Counted from the stretch's first letter, positions 1-10,109 are shown. The stretch is DNA of 64,000 bases from a virus (IMGVR_UViG_3300037333_000056:1-64000); one strand, 5' to 3'. Program-made: numbers and translations. The notes: a model not told the origin generated them from the letters alone.

Positions 1-62
1 ATGCCACTAGAGGAATTACAACAAAACTTTAATGGATTCAAAAAGATAAATGAAGGTATGTG

Positions 63-611
63 ATGGAAGAAACAAAATACGGAGTATTACTATTAAGAGC
101 ACAACCATTTCACAATGGACACAATAGCATTGTGCAACAGATTATCAGAGATGGTAAAATACCAATCTTGATTCTTGGTGGAATGGGTAAAGTTGATGAC
201 AGGCATCCGTTAAACGTATATGAGCGTACTAATCTAATAGAACTTATATACAAAAAATATCAAATCAAAGTAATTGGTATGATGGATTTTGTTAGTTGGG
301 ATAAGTGGTTTAGAGCGTTGACTAATGCAGTATTAGATATCACAAAAGGTAGACATTTTACACTATACGCTCACGAAAAACCTGAGGATGGTAGAGACTT
401 TACTTTTCAAAGCGTAGAGTATAAAAATGAATCTCATAACATTTGCTTTAAAGTTAATAATATTCCTATTAGATATTGTGAAACATACCATGATAGGACA
501 GGAAATGTAGTTTCTGCTACTAAAATTAGGGAAGACAAAAGCTATGCATCAACACATTTAGATGCTAGAATTTATAAACAATTAAAAGAATGGGAGTTTT
601 GGAAATGTTAA
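63..611 (+). CDS. Nicotinamide-nucleotide adenylyltransferase (NMNAT, NadM-like)
   Basis: RAQPFHNGH (HxGH) motif at the N-terminus and SATKIR at the C-terminus; clustered with NAMPT. Confidence 0.85.
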   Translation: MEETKYGVLLLRAQPFHNGHNSIVQQIIRDGKIPILILGGMGKVDDRHPLNVYERTNLIELIYKKYQIKVIGMMDFVSWDKWFRALTNAVLDITKGRHFTLYAHEKPEDGRDFTFQSVEYKNESHNICFKVNNIPIRYCETYHDRTGNVVSATKIREDKSYASTHLDARIYKQLKEWEFWKC

Positions 612-847
612 TAATGCTTAACATATTGTTACTGTTAGTATTTGTGCTAGCTACGGTTGAATCTGTAACAGAAGGAACATTAGGGGTATTTATTTTTTGT
701 GTGACAGGAATATTGGTCTCTATGTCTATATTGGAAGTGGTGAAAAAACGTAATTACATACACTTTAGGGATAATAGCTACACAAATTATTCTAATAACA
801 TAGATTATAAACATTGGCTATTGGACAATCCAAAGGATGATGAATGA
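605..847 (+). CDS. Small membrane protein (2 predicted TM helices)
   Basis: Two hydrophobic stretches; overlaps both neighbours. Confidence 0.55.
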   Translation: MLIMLNILLLLVFVLATVESVTEGTLGVFIFCVTGILVSMSILEVVKKRNYIHFRDNSYTNYSNNIDYKHWLLDNPKDDE

Positions 848-1035
848 TAGAAGATAAATTACTACAAGGGTTGTTTGTGGTCATAGCAATTACTATTGCA
901 TTCACTATAATAGTATTATGGGTTATTGGAGTCAGCTACTTCTCAACAATCTTTACTAATCTTGATTTTGGTTGGGCATTTTCATTATTGATACCTACGT
1001 TAATTATAGGATTTGTAATAGGAGTAGTCGCGTAA
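844..1035 (+). CDS. Small membrane protein (2 predicted TM helices)
   Basis: Almost entirely hydrophobic; ATGA overlap with the upstream gene. Confidence 0.6.
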   Translation: MIEDKLLQGLFVVIAITIAFTIIVLWVIGVSYFSTIFTNLDFGWAFSLLIPTLIIGFVIGVVA

Positions 1036-1056
1036 AAATATCTAGAAGGAAATTAA

Positions 1057-1482
1057 ATGATAGAAGCTTCAAAATATTGGGACACACATAAAGATAGTAT
1101 AGAATATTCATACTTTGAAATGGGATTTGAGAAAGCATTACTGGTAATAGAAGATAAAGTAGAGAAAGAAATAATAGCAACATCAAAAACAAATAACGCA
1201 AACTTAGTAAGAACATCACTAATAAAACTACTAAAAAGAGTTAAGTTGAAAATATTAGGAATGCTAGCAGTGCTACTTCGTCCGACAATGGATATTTCAA
1301 ATTTAGCAAGATACAAATCCATTACACACAATAGTAACTGGTACTTTATTGATACGATTAATATACAGAGAACATTTGATAGTGGTAGCATTAACTATAA
1401 ACCAATAGACTTAATTGAGAAAATGTTTTATAAGTATGATACTTATTTATTGAGATTGAGATATAAGAAGGAAACTAAATGA
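1057..1482 (+). CDS. Hypothetical protein
   Basis: AAGGA RBS; ATGA overlap with the Nudix gene. Confidence 0.6.
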   Translation: MIEASKYWDTHKDSIEYSYFEMGFEKALLVIEDKVEKEIIATSKTNNANLVRTSLIKLLKRVKLKILGMLAVLLRPTMDISNLARYKSITHNSNWYFIDTINIQRTFDSGSINYKPIDLIEKMFYKYDTYLLRLRYKKETK

Positions 1483-2069
1483 AACAAGTTAAAATTAAAA
1501 AGATTAAACCTTTAACAGAACCAAGATTTATAAAGACTCGAGAAGTTACATATAAACGCAAAGGTCACAAGAAGGCAAAATGGGAGATGGTAGTAGCAAA
1601 TGATTCTGTACATGCATTGGTTCTTAATACGGATACCAACAAGTTACTATTGGTGAACCAAACTCGTATACCTGTAATGGTGAATCAAGATACTGATGGT
1701 GTAACATTAGAATGTTGTGCAGGTATTATTGATAAATATGACTATTGGGATGATGACTACAAAGCACAACTTACAGCCATCGATGAGGTTCAAGAAGAAT
1801 TAGGTTATCAATCTGAAAGGGATAGCGACATGATTCAAATTGACAAGATTATCGGCTCAACTGGAATGACAGGTTCTTCTCAATATCTATTCTATTGTGA
1901 AGTTGATAATTCAAATTATGTCGGTCAACAATTAGAACCAGAAGAAGATATTAAAGTAGTAGAAATTGATGCCACACAAGAATGCATTAAAAACCTACTA
2001 CAAAATACACACAACACAGATGCAGTAACTAAATACTTATTGTCTTGGTTCTGTATGAATAAACTATAA
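1479..2069 (+). CDS. Nudix hydrolase (ADP-ribose/NDP-sugar pyrophosphatase, NudF/NudK-like)
   Basis: Nudix box CAGIID...AIDEVQEELGY; DSVHALV, QTRIP and EDIKVVE motifs. Confidence 0.85.
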   Translation: MKQVKIKKIKPLTEPRFIKTREVTYKRKGHKKAKWEMVVANDSVHALVLNTDTNKLLLVNQTRIPVMVNQDTDGVTLECCAGIIDKYDYWDDDYKAQLTAIDEVQEELGYQSERDSDMIQIDKIIGSTGMTGSSQYLFYCEVDNSNYVGQQLEPEEDIKVVEIDATQECIKNLLQNTHNTDAVTKYLLSWFCMNKL

Positions 2070-2230
2070 TAAGAGCCCGTGTGGTAGAAATAAGCTATAG
2101 AACATATTGTATGTGGGGAGCAATGAGTAATACCTCACTAAGTAAAAGTACATACCCTAATGGACAAGCTAGATACTGGTTCAGAGAAGGTGGACAAAAT
2201 TACAAAACACTAACATAAAAGGAAAACAAG

Positions 2231-2428
2231 ATGAGCAATAATATAGATGATTTTTGGAATGAAGTAGCAGTACTTCAGACTATTGCAGGTACAGGAATAT
2301 CTGTAAAAACAAAAGAGTACAAAGAATACGAAAATGACGAAAGAACTCTAGGCTCTCTAGTAGAGAATAAGTCCTCGTCAAATCGTACTAAAAAAGAAAA
2401 AAACAAGTGCAATTCTAAGACGCAATAG
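2231..2428 (+). CDS. Hypothetical protein
   Basis: AAGGA RBS, 65 aa. Confidence 0.45.
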   Translation: MSNNIDDFWNEVAVLQTIAGTGISVKTKEYKEYENDERTLGSLVENKSSSNRTKKEKNKCNSKTQ

Positions 2429-2763
2429 AATAGTACGACTATGATAGGCATATCAATAGACACAGGACCACCTAAAATACATAGTAAAAAATGAAATGAA
2501 GTAATGAAAAGAAGTGACACAAGATAAACAAGACGAGAAGCATGAATATATGAAAGAGCATTCGCCAGAGTATACTAAATGAAAGATTGAGGTTGGCAAT
2601 AACAAAAAGAAAATGCGAACGGCAGAAAACAACAAGATATACACTGAAGTCTTAAAAATAATGTTAGATAAAGACAACATGTCTTGTGGCTGACATATGT
2701 GGCTAAATGGAATATCAGCAGTTACAGACTATATAGAGAAGAATTATACAAGAAAGAGTAATA

Positions 2764-4206
2764 ATGAAAAACAGAACACTACTGTCAGGTGACAGCTATA
2801 AATATGGACATCCGTTCTTATTAAAAAAAGATGCAATGTACCAATATAACTATATGGAGGCAAGACATTCAAGCTCATCACATATTATATTTACAGGTAT
2901 GCAGTACTACATTAAAGAATTCTTGATGAAAGTACCAAGCAAGAAGCTAATTAAAAGAGTAGCACGTATGGCTAAAAATCACGGTGTACTATTTGACAAA
3001 AATATGTGGAAGCATATTAATAAACTAGGGTACTATCCTGTAGAGATTAAAGCTATTCCAGAAGGAACTAAAGTGCCAGTTGGTGTACCTGTAGCTACGT
3101 TTACAAATACTGACCCTAGATGTATTGGATTAGTAGGCTTTCTTGAGACTTTATTTATGAAGGTATGGATGCCTACAGCAGTTGCTACGCAGAGTAACGA
3201 AGTTAAACAGATGCTATTAAAATATGGTTCGCCAGAATGGGCTGAGTATGCTTATCACAACTTTGGTTCTCGTAGCACCACATCGTTAGAACATGATATG
3301 ATTGCCGGGTACGCCCACTTGACACAGTTTAAAGGAACTGATAGTTTTTCATCTTTATTCTTTTGTGAAGATTATTATGGACAACCAGACGATTTAGCTG
3401 CAGGGCATTCAGTATTAGCTACAGAGCATTCAATTACGACGATGAATGGTATTGAAGGAGAAGAAGAGTTTGTTTACACAACTCTACTTAATAATCCTAA
3501 AAGTAATATTATTTCATTTGTAGGTGACTCTTATGATATTTACAAGTTTACACAATTTGTAACAAAACCAGAAGGACGTATCCGTAAGTTACTTGAGTCT
3601 AGGGACAATCAAAAGCTAGTTATTAGACCTGATAGTGGAGAACCAATTGAAGTGCTTACTAAAGTTATTACTATTATGAAAGATAATAATTGTTTTGATT
3701 CTGAACTTGGTGGAAAAGCATTATCTACAAGGTATGGACTACTTTGGGGGGATGGAATAACAATTGAAACAATTGAACATATTATGCAATACTTTACTAA
3801 TATTGAATATCAGCAATTTATGTTTAATAGTGCCACAGGTACATTAAAAACTAAGTTCAGAAATATGCTACTACTGGCTGCTGAAAACTTTGTATTTGGT
3901 TCTGGAACAGATCTAATCAACAGTAAAAATAGGGATACACATGGATTTGCAATTAAGTGTTCAGAGATTACGCTAAAAGACGGATCTACTATAGATGTAT
4001 TTAAAGATCCAGTTACGGATAATGGCAAAGCTTCACGTAAAGGTAAAGTTACTACATACTTAGATAGAAACTACAAAGATTATAGGGTAGGACTTGCGAA
4101 TGAGTGCCGGATCGCAGAAGGCGAACATGTAGCACTAGTTAAACTTTTCAAAAATGGAAAACTTTATAACAAAGCAACATTAAACGAGGCAAGAGGAAGA
4201 AGCTAG
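2764..4206 (+). CDS. nadV: Nicotinamide phosphoribosyltransferase (NAMPT)
   Basis: DSYKYGH, NFGSR, F.GTD, ATEHS, DSYD, IRPDSG, WGDGI, FGSG and FKDPVTD motifs. Confidence 0.95.
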   Translation: MKNRTLLSGDSYKYGHPFLLKKDAMYQYNYMEARHSSSSHIIFTGMQYYIKEFLMKVPSKKLIKRVARMAKNHGVLFDKNMWKHINKLGYYPVEIKAIPEGTKVPVGVPVATFTNTDPRCIGLVGFLETLFMKVWMPTAVATQSNEVKQMLLKYGSPEWAEYAYHNFGSRSTTSLEHDMIAGYAHLTQFKGTDSFSSLFFCEDYYGQPDDLAAGHSVLATEHSITTMNGIEGEEEFVYTTLLNNPKSNIISFVGDSYDIYKFTQFVTKPEGRIRKLLESRDNQKLVIRPDSGEPIEVLTKVITIMKDNNCFDSELGGKALSTRYGLLWGDGITIETIEHIMQYFTNIEYQQFMFNSATGTLKTKFRNMLLLAAENFVFGSGTDLINSKNRDTHGFAIKCSEITLKDGSTIDVFKDPVTDNGKASRKGKVTTYLDRNYKDYRVGLANECRIAEGEHVALVKLFKNGKLYNKATLNEARGRS

Positions 4207-4229
4207 TTTTTAGCAGCGAGGATTAAAAG

Positions 4230-4445
4230 ATGACAAAACAGTTTAGAATGTTAATTGACTATATAGAAATATCAAAAACAATAAGAGACGAAGACACATC
4301 TCCGTTTGTTACTTCATTGCGAACATCTCCGAAAGAACATAAATGTTTACTCTATACAGAAGATATGTACATAAATCTATATACAAACGACATATATATA
4401 AATACAGCACTTGATGAAGTAGTTTTTTGGACAAAGTATAAATAA
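4230..4445 (+). CDS. Small MxKQ-family protein
   Basis: MTKQFRMLI...VFWTKYK; GAGGA RBS. Confidence 0.7.
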   Translation: MTKQFRMLIDYIEISKTIRDEDTSPFVTSLRTSPKEHKCLLYTEDMYINLYTNDIYINTALDEVVFWTKYK

Positions 4446-4678
4446 ATAGAGTATAATACATAAACTTATGAAAGGAGATTATCACAATGAACAAAGTTGA
4501 AAATATGATCATGGAAACGAAAATTAATGAGTGGGGCGATATTTAGTTTATTTGGATGGCATGGCTTAATTATTAGTAGCAGCCCTACATGACTTTAAGG
4601 TGTAACTGGAAGGGAATTTGATAGTATCATCCGCAGCCAGTATAAATAAAGAGCAAGGGAAACTATAACTACACATAT

Positions 4679-4759
4679 CATCGTATAGCTCAGTGCATTA
4701 AGAAACGGCAGACTATTAATCTGTTAGTGGCGAAACGTTGCGAACTTCTACGATAGCAA
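4679..4759 (+). pseudogene. Degenerate tRNA-Asn-like element (anticodon ATT)
   Basis: Acceptor ATCGTA/TACGAT, D-arm start TAGCTCAGT, anticodon arm GCAGA-CTATTAA-TCTGT; T-arm broken; ends GCAA rather than NCCA. Confidence 0.5.
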
Positions 4760-4996
4760 ATATGTGTAGCTTTAAATATATTCACGATGCAAGTTGGAAA
4801 TATTCAGCTATACTTCATTAACAAATACTAAACAGAAATATCCTACAGATAGTATAATCAGCATATATATCACGCAATACAATAATAATATAATAGATTG
4901 TACTTTCTATAGGGTATTATTCCCTAATAATTAACGGTTGAGTATACCGAATAAATACTCGTGGATTTTAATTGACTAGCAGGAAAGACTGCTTAA

Positions 4997-5083
4997 AGAA
5001 CCAGCTTACACTTAGCTATCTGAGTCGGATAATAAACTGGTTCTAATTATCTATGTGCATATTTATGTGGATATAGATAATTA
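4997..5083. repeat. Tandem hairpins (AGAACCAG/CTGGTTCT family member followed by a long AT-rich stem-loop)
   Basis: AGAACCAG 4997-5004 / CTGGTTCT 5037-5044; AATTATCTAT...ATAGATAATT immediately after. Confidence 0.6.
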
Positions 5084-5107
5084 ATAGTAAATAAAAAGGA
5101 TACTACA

Positions 5108-5311
5108 ATGTATAAGAATTTAAGTTTAACACATGATAATAGAAAAATATTTTTTTTAAAAGTAACAAGACCAATTTATCTTTGTCATAAATATTTAAGT
5201 ATATGCTGCGACTTTGACAGGAGGATGTATTGTATTCTAAGGGAAGAAACACAAAACGTTATGAAAGAGTGTACAGACGAGATAAAATTATGGACAAAAG
5301 ACGCACAATGA
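5108..5311 (+). CDS. Small MxKQ-like protein (divergent, MYKNL)
   Basis: AAGGA RBS; ends LWTKDAQ; ATGA overlap with the next gene. Confidence 0.6.
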   Translation: MYKNLSLTHDNRKIFFLKVTRPIYLCHKYLSICCDFDRRMYCILREETQNVMKECTDEIKLWTKDAQ

Positions 5312-5532
5312 CAAAACAAATAAATATTAACAATCGTTTAAAAGAGAGGAATAAAAGCAGACTAGGAATATATTATGGAACTGTTAACAAAATATTACAA
5401 ACATATATGTACGACACAATACAAGTACGAATAATGGGAATGTATATTGGGTTTATTAATAGAAAAACAGGTGTTATCTATCGTATTGGAGACAACAATA
5501 ATTTTGACAAAGAAGGAGGATACAATGCATAA
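5308..5532 (+). CDS. Small MxKQ-family protein
   Basis: MTKQININ; start taken at the ATGA overlap rather than the track start 5230. Confidence 0.65.
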   Translation: MTKQININNRLKERNKSRLGIYYGTVNKILQTYMYDTIQVRIMGMYIGFINRKTGVIYRIGDNNNFDKEGGYNA

Positions 5533-5776
5533 CAATAAATATAAAAATTATAAATTCTTTATGAACAATTTTAAGGAAAAAGATACATCAGTAATAACAA
5601 ATATATTTTCTATTCATTTTATTAATAGGAAATGCATAGGTCTGTATGACTATATTACAAATAAAAATAGGATATATAGGTGTCCATATTGTCTAGAACA
5701 GTTATCAGAATATGAGTACGATAGCAATCCAATATATACATACGGATGCTATATGTGTGCAGATAGAAGAAATTAA
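5525..5776 (+). CDS. Zinc-ribbon protein
   Basis: GGAGG RBS; CPYC...CYMC. Confidence 0.55.
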   Translation: MHNNKYKNYKFFMNNFKEKDTSVITNIFSIHFINRKCIGLYDYITNKNRIYRCPYCLEQLSEYEYDSNPIYTYGCYMCADRRN

Positions 5777-5779
5777 TAC

Positions 5780-5968
5780 ATGAAGAAGCAACTATCACTT
5801 AAGTCAAGAACTTATATAGTAGGTGATTCTATACATATTAGGACAACAAAAGTACCATTAAATATGTATAGATCAATTAGAACTGAATTATGCAAATATA
5901 ATTTTTATTTAGCTTCAGAAATTATGTTCACTAAAAATATTAGATTACAACATGTTATAACATTGTGA
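5780..5968 (+). CDS. Small MxKQ-family protein
   Basis: MKKQLSLK. Confidence 0.6.
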   Translation: MKKQLSLKSRTYIVGDSIHIRTTKVPLNMYRSIRTELCKYNFYLASEIMFTKNIRLQHVITL

Positions 5969-6006
5969 TATACTATCGTAAAATATTTACATAAGGACGA
6001 TAACAA

Positions 6007-6198
6007 ATGAGACAATTTAGCTTACTAATAGGAGAGAATAATGACATATACTACATAAAAGATAGAGAAAACAAGATAGTAGATATATTCTACTCAAAAA
6101 ATGAATGCACAAATAAAATACAACAATTAAATAAATCAAAGGAAAACAGTGAAATTAATAAGCAAAGATGGAAGATTCGCCGCAGTAGTGAACAGTAG
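6007..6198 (+). CDS. Small MxKQ-like protein
   Basis: MRQFSLLI; AAGGA RBS; W near the C-terminus. Confidence 0.6.
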   Translation: MRQFSLLIGENNDIYYIKDRENKIVDIFYSKNECTNKIQQLNKSKENSEINKQRWKIRRSSEQ

Positions 6199-6592
6199 AA
6201 AAGGAAAAATTATTGTAAAAAATGGCTTTGTGTCATTTACAAAAGGAAACATTTCTGGTGCAGAAAAAGTAAGACCAGATATTTTAGAGAACTATTTTAA
6301 TGTTCCAGAGAAAGTAGCATCTTGGTAAGATGACGCACTCTGAAATTAAAAATGCAGTATACATGTCAATGTTTGCATATACAACGCACAGGAAGAATAA
6401 ACTATCACTAGATAATTGGTTATATAATAACGAAGTTAGAAGAACCAACAAAATAGCAAAAGAAATTATGATTGCATATAATAAGATGGAATCTGAAAGA
6501 CGATAAAAGGAGAAAGATGGAATACACAATTACAATTACAGCTGACGGTGCTACATTTGTACCGACAAGAAAAAAGTAAATAAGGAATATAT

Positions 6593-7204
6593 ATGAACAT
6601 GCAAGTATTATTATTGTCGATAGGATATATAGTTGCGTCATATTATATATTTAAGAGATACATATTATACGTTAGAGAAGAAGAAAGCTGCGAAGCAGAG
6701 AAGCTTATAGAAAAAGTTAACAAAATAAATAGAGCAAAAAGCGAAATAGAATTCAATAATAATTATGACAAAATAATGGACAAACTTACAGATGGGAATC
6801 ATTCAAGAAATAGCAAATCACAAGATATAGCACAACAAAATGATACAAGAGGCGATACAAAAAAGAAGCAAAAAGAAAGCAAAAAGAAAGCACATAACAA
6901 GAAGAATATAAAGCAACATAGAAAAGTTATACGAAACAGAGATAGACTTAAGCGTAAGCATAGCGAAAAAGCTACTGTATCTAAAGAGCTTAGAGATGCT
7001 ACACTAAGTAGGGATAATTATATGTGCGTGCTTTGCTTTAGCTCCACAAGACTAAACATACATCACAAAACATACAAGAATGTTCCAAACGAAGAGCCTG
7101 AAGACGTAGTAACTCTATGCGAAGAATGCCACACTAACTTGCATAATGATATAGGGTTTCCGCAAAACTATAAAGATAAAGAGAATATATTATATTGGAG
7201 ATAG
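6593..7204 (+). CDS. HNH endonuclease with N-terminal hydrophobic anchor
   Basis: RDNYMCVLC...IHHKTY...TLCEECHTNLH. Confidence 0.8.
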   Translation: MNMQVLLLSIGYIVASYYIFKRYILYVREEESCEAEKLIEKVNKINRAKSEIEFNNNYDKIMDKLTDGNHSRNSKSQDIAQQNDTRGDTKKKQKESKKKAHNKKNIKQHRKVIRNRDRLKRKHSEKATVSKELRDATLSRDNYMCVLCFSSTRLNIHHKTYKNVPNEEPEDVVTLCEECHTNLHNDIGFPQNYKDKENILYWR

Positions 7205-7208
7205 AATG

Positions 7209-7892
7209 TTACCATTCTACTCCGTAGCCATCTAAGCTTTTATCGAGATCCATAATGTTTGAAGCATTAATATTCTTAGATGAATTTATTCCTACTCGCT
7301 TTATTGGTGATGGATTAACTTTCTGAACAGGCATTGTTCTAGTTTTAGCTATATTTGTTTTTTTTACACTAACTTTCGAGCTAAATAGTGTGCCAGCATC
7401 AGATGCTGACTGAACAAGTCTACCTGTATTTCCTGAGATAATACTGTTAACAACAGGCGTATCTCCAATATTAGGAATAATGAGTTTTCCGCCTAGACCA
7501 GTATTTGATCTTGGTCCATATTTTGAATAATCAATATGTTTGTCACTAGACTGTCTACTATTAAGTGGAAGACTCATTCCGTCATTACTGGATAGATATC
7601 CGTCTACAGAACCAGGTGAGACGTAACTATAGTTTCTATTTGCGAATGGCAATGACAGCCCATCTTCTTTAGTTAGATATGTCTGATTATGAACAGTAGG
7701 TTGCTCTATATCAATTAAATCTTCTGGCTTGGCATTAAGATAGCTTGATGAATCTTTTGCATAACTAGATGATGGTGCGTTGTTGCTTGATATGTATTTA
7801 TTGTTTCCAGTCTTTGGATACGAATCTGTAAATATATCATTGATACCTACAGACCTAAATAAGTTAATAACTGATTGATTTGGTTTGTACAT
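7209..7892 (-). CDS. Putative virion/ejection protein
   Basis: Cys-free, S/N-rich; co-oriented with the lysozyme-like gene, opposite to the flanking genes. Confidence 0.5.
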   Translation of the reverse strand: MYKPNQSVINLFRSVGINDIFTDSYPKTGNNKYISSNNAPSSSYAKDSSSYLNAKPEDLIDIEQPTVHNQTYLTKEDGLSLPFANRNYSYVSPGSVDGYLSSNDGMSLPLNSRQSSDKHIDYSKYGPRSNTGLGGKLIIPNIGDTPVVNSIISGNTGRLVQSASDAGTLFSSKVSVKKTNIAKTRTMPVQKVNPSPIKRVGINSSKNINASNIMDLDKSLDGYGVEW

Positions 7893-7923
7893 TTATTTGT
7901 TTCCTTATATTATTATGGTTTAA

Positions 7924-8673
7924 TTAGTTTCCGAATACATACTTAACATTCATTGGCCTGCCTTTGTATCCTTCCCATCTAGCACGAGTCTCCATAAATA
8001 TTTTTTTCTGAGATTGGGACAAATCATTATATCTTAGTTTATCTACATCTATACCTTTTCTTCTGTATTCAGACAATATACTGTCATACATTTTAGTATC
8101 AGTTTGGTATTGCCTGAAAGCTGAAGATATTGGAGTAGAATTATATCTCTTACTTGACATTAAAGAATCCATTGCTTTCCATCCATCATCAGGAGTAGCA
8201 AAATACAATTGAGCTCTATCGCCTTTGTCTCCAGTATTGCTCTTAACAATTGCAGCAGCATTATATAATAGTTTTCCAGACATTCCTGTAATATTTCCAG
8301 GGTTGTTATTATCTGTTGATTTGTTTATTTTACTTCTTTCTCTAATGATTGTTGGTGTACCATTAATAACATGAATTGAACCATTAGATGGTAAATATTC
8401 AATACTGCTATCTACATTATAAAATGAATCGCCACCTAATCCAGGTCCTGTAGATAAAGACATTCTATCTTGAGGTAAAACATCTCTTGCGTGAGCAGGA
8501 ATATCTTGATATGGTATAGTCTCATTTGAATGTATAAGATTTAAATGAGACTTTGGAACAGAGATGCTTGGAACAGTATGTAGGTTGTATCCTCCAAGGC
8601 CAGAAGGATTATCTTTTCTGGAAACATTTCTAGATAAATCAAATCCAGATGTACCTGTAATCTTCAATGGCAT
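7924..8673 (-). CDS. Putative virion-associated lysozyme-like peptidoglycan hydrolase
   Basis: NNNPGNI...FATPDDGWKAM...WEG motif set; GGAG RBS; own TGGTATAAT promoter. Confidence 0.6.
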   Translation of the reverse strand: MPLKITGTSGFDLSRNVSRKDNPSGLGGYNLHTVPSISVPKSHLNLIHSNETIPYQDIPAHARDVLPQDRMSLSTGPGLGGDSFYNVDSSIEYLPSNGSIHVINGTPTIIRERSKINKSTDNNNPGNITGMSGKLLYNAAAIVKSNTGDKGDRAQLYFATPDDGWKAMDSLMSSKRYNSTPISSAFRQYQTDTKMYDSILSEYRRKGIDVDKLRYNDLSQSQKKIFMETRARWEGYKGRPMNVKYVFGN

Positions 8674-8709
8674 ACTTAAATCTCCTATATTATGTGATTT
8701 TATTATGCT

Positions 8710-8718
8710 ATTATACCA
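8710..8718 (-). promoter_or_regulatory. Extended -10 host sigma70-type promoter (TGGTATAAT)
   Basis: Reverse complement of ATTATACCA upstream of the 8673 start. Confidence 0.5.
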
Positions 8719-8740
8719 AACTTAAACAAAAAGGACACAC

Positions 8741-9550
8741 ATGAACAACACAAAAGAAGCATGCAGAGACTATGAGCTAATGCTACTGAATGCAGCAAGA
8801 TATTCAGGAAACAAGAAAAAAGAACAGAAAATATTTTCAGCGTCTATGGTAGGAAACGACTTGCTGCAAAATTATTATAAATATATGTACGGATCTTCTG
8901 ACCAGCAGAAATTCGGAGCAAACACATTTGGTTCAATATATCAACTAGGTGTGGACAAAGCTATTGAGGACTCAGAACTATTCTCAGAAAGATACACTAG
9001 TGCCTTCAGACATCAAGTTACACTATCTAATGGATGGATTATATCTGGAGAGATGGACCAAATAGATAATAAACTAAAGGTAATATTTGATAACAAAGTA
9101 ACAACTGGTTCCAAAATTAAGACACTAAAGAAAGAGGGAAAACATAGTCAATATGCACTACAAATGGCAACGTATCAGTACTTGCTATACGACTACCAAA
9201 AGAATATATTAAACATAGAAGAACCTGATGTCTACTCTGCAGTACTTGCAATTATAGACAAAAAACATACTCTTTTTACAAAGAAAGTTGAATTCGAACA
9301 ACTTACATTTATGGAAATGGATACTTTTGAAATAGATGAAATGAAAACTATACTATTAGATAAAACTAATGAGTTGCAACAATATATTGATTTAGGTCAA
9401 GAACCGGCTCAATGTGATAATCTATTTTTCTTTGGACAAACAGGATCTAGGAAACCATATAGATGCTTACATTTTTGTGACTTCTCATCAAACTGTAAAT
9501 ATTTTGACAAAAGTGGGAAAATGAAAATGAATACGTTAATGGGGCTATAG
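8741..9550 (+). CDS. PD-(D/E)XK Cas4-like exonuclease
   Basis: GEMD...FDNKVT, YALQMATY, C-terminal C...CxxxCxxxxxC. Confidence 0.8.
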   Translation: MNNTKEACRDYELMLLNAARYSGNKKKEQKIFSASMVGNDLLQNYYKYMYGSSDQQKFGANTFGSIYQLGVDKAIEDSELFSERYTSAFRHQVTLSNGWIISGEMDQIDNKLKVIFDNKVTTGSKIKTLKKEGKHSQYALQMATYQYLLYDYQKNILNIEEPDVYSAVLAIIDKKHTLFTKKVEFEQLTFMEMDTFEIDEMKTILLDKTNELQQYIDLGQEPAQCDNLFFFGQTGSRKPYRCLHFCDFSSNCKYFDKSGKMKMNTLMGL

Positions 9551-9582
9551 TTAGATACACAAAAATTATAAGGAGAAAATAC

Positions 9583-9849
9583 ATGCTAAAGCAATTACTT
9601 ATTTTTGAAAAAAGTAAATATGATCTACGTGAGTTCCCACATGCAATTAGCTGTAGTAATGGTCACGAACTACAAATAGAAATATCTGATTATCACAATA
9701 TGTTGCCAGGTGGAGATTATGTGCTATCTAAAAATAAATATCTAAATACAGAAGGAGGATATAGCATTGGGGAAACATATACAATAGATGATGAACTACT
9801 TGCATGTGACTATCAATATTCTGAATTTGAAATATATTGGAGTGAATAA
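9583..9849 (+). CDS. Small MxKQ-family protein
   Basis: MLKQLLIF...CDYQYSEFEIYWSE; AAGGAG RBS. Confidence 0.7.
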   Translation: MLKQLLIFEKSKYDLREFPHAISCSNGHELQIEISDYHNMLPGGDYVLSKNKYLNTEGGYSIGETYTIDDELLACDYQYSEFEIYWSE

Positions 9850-10109
9850 TGAATAAACAGATTAGACTGAATATTAATACACAGTACTCTGCCTATATTT
9901 CGTCTACAAACGGTAACGAAAAGCAATATATTGACAAGTATAAAAATGAATTTAATCTTATTCATGAAAAATTTATAGGACTAGAATATGAGTGGTATGA
10001 ATCAGAAAATACAACAACACGTATAAAAACATTACTTAACTGCTCATATCAACACTCAGAATTTATATTTTATTGGAGAAAAGATGAAAAAGCAATCATG
10101 TTTGACTAA
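9849..10109 (+). CDS. Small MxKQ-family protein
   Basis: MNKQIRLN...CSYQHSEFIFYWRK; paralogue of 9583. Confidence 0.7.
   Translation: MNKQIRLNINTQYSAYISSTNGNEKQYIDKYKNEFNLIHEKFIGLEYEWYESENTTTRIKTLLNCSYQHSEFIFYWRKDEKAIMFD

Noticed and set aside
2075-2200. Sequence resembling the 5' end of tRNA-Leu (GCCCGTGTGGTAGAAAT)
   Set aside because: No matching 3' acceptor strand or T-arm found
2430-2763. Coding-like purine-rich stretch before nadV
   Set aside because: Interrupted by stops in the frames examined; possibly a decayed gene but no identity can be supported
4554-4640. Possible ochre-suppressor tRNA (TTA) and stop-codon recoding
   Set aside because: The loop is not canonical and there is no T-arm; long genes are intact in the standard code and use TAA, TAG and TGA as stops
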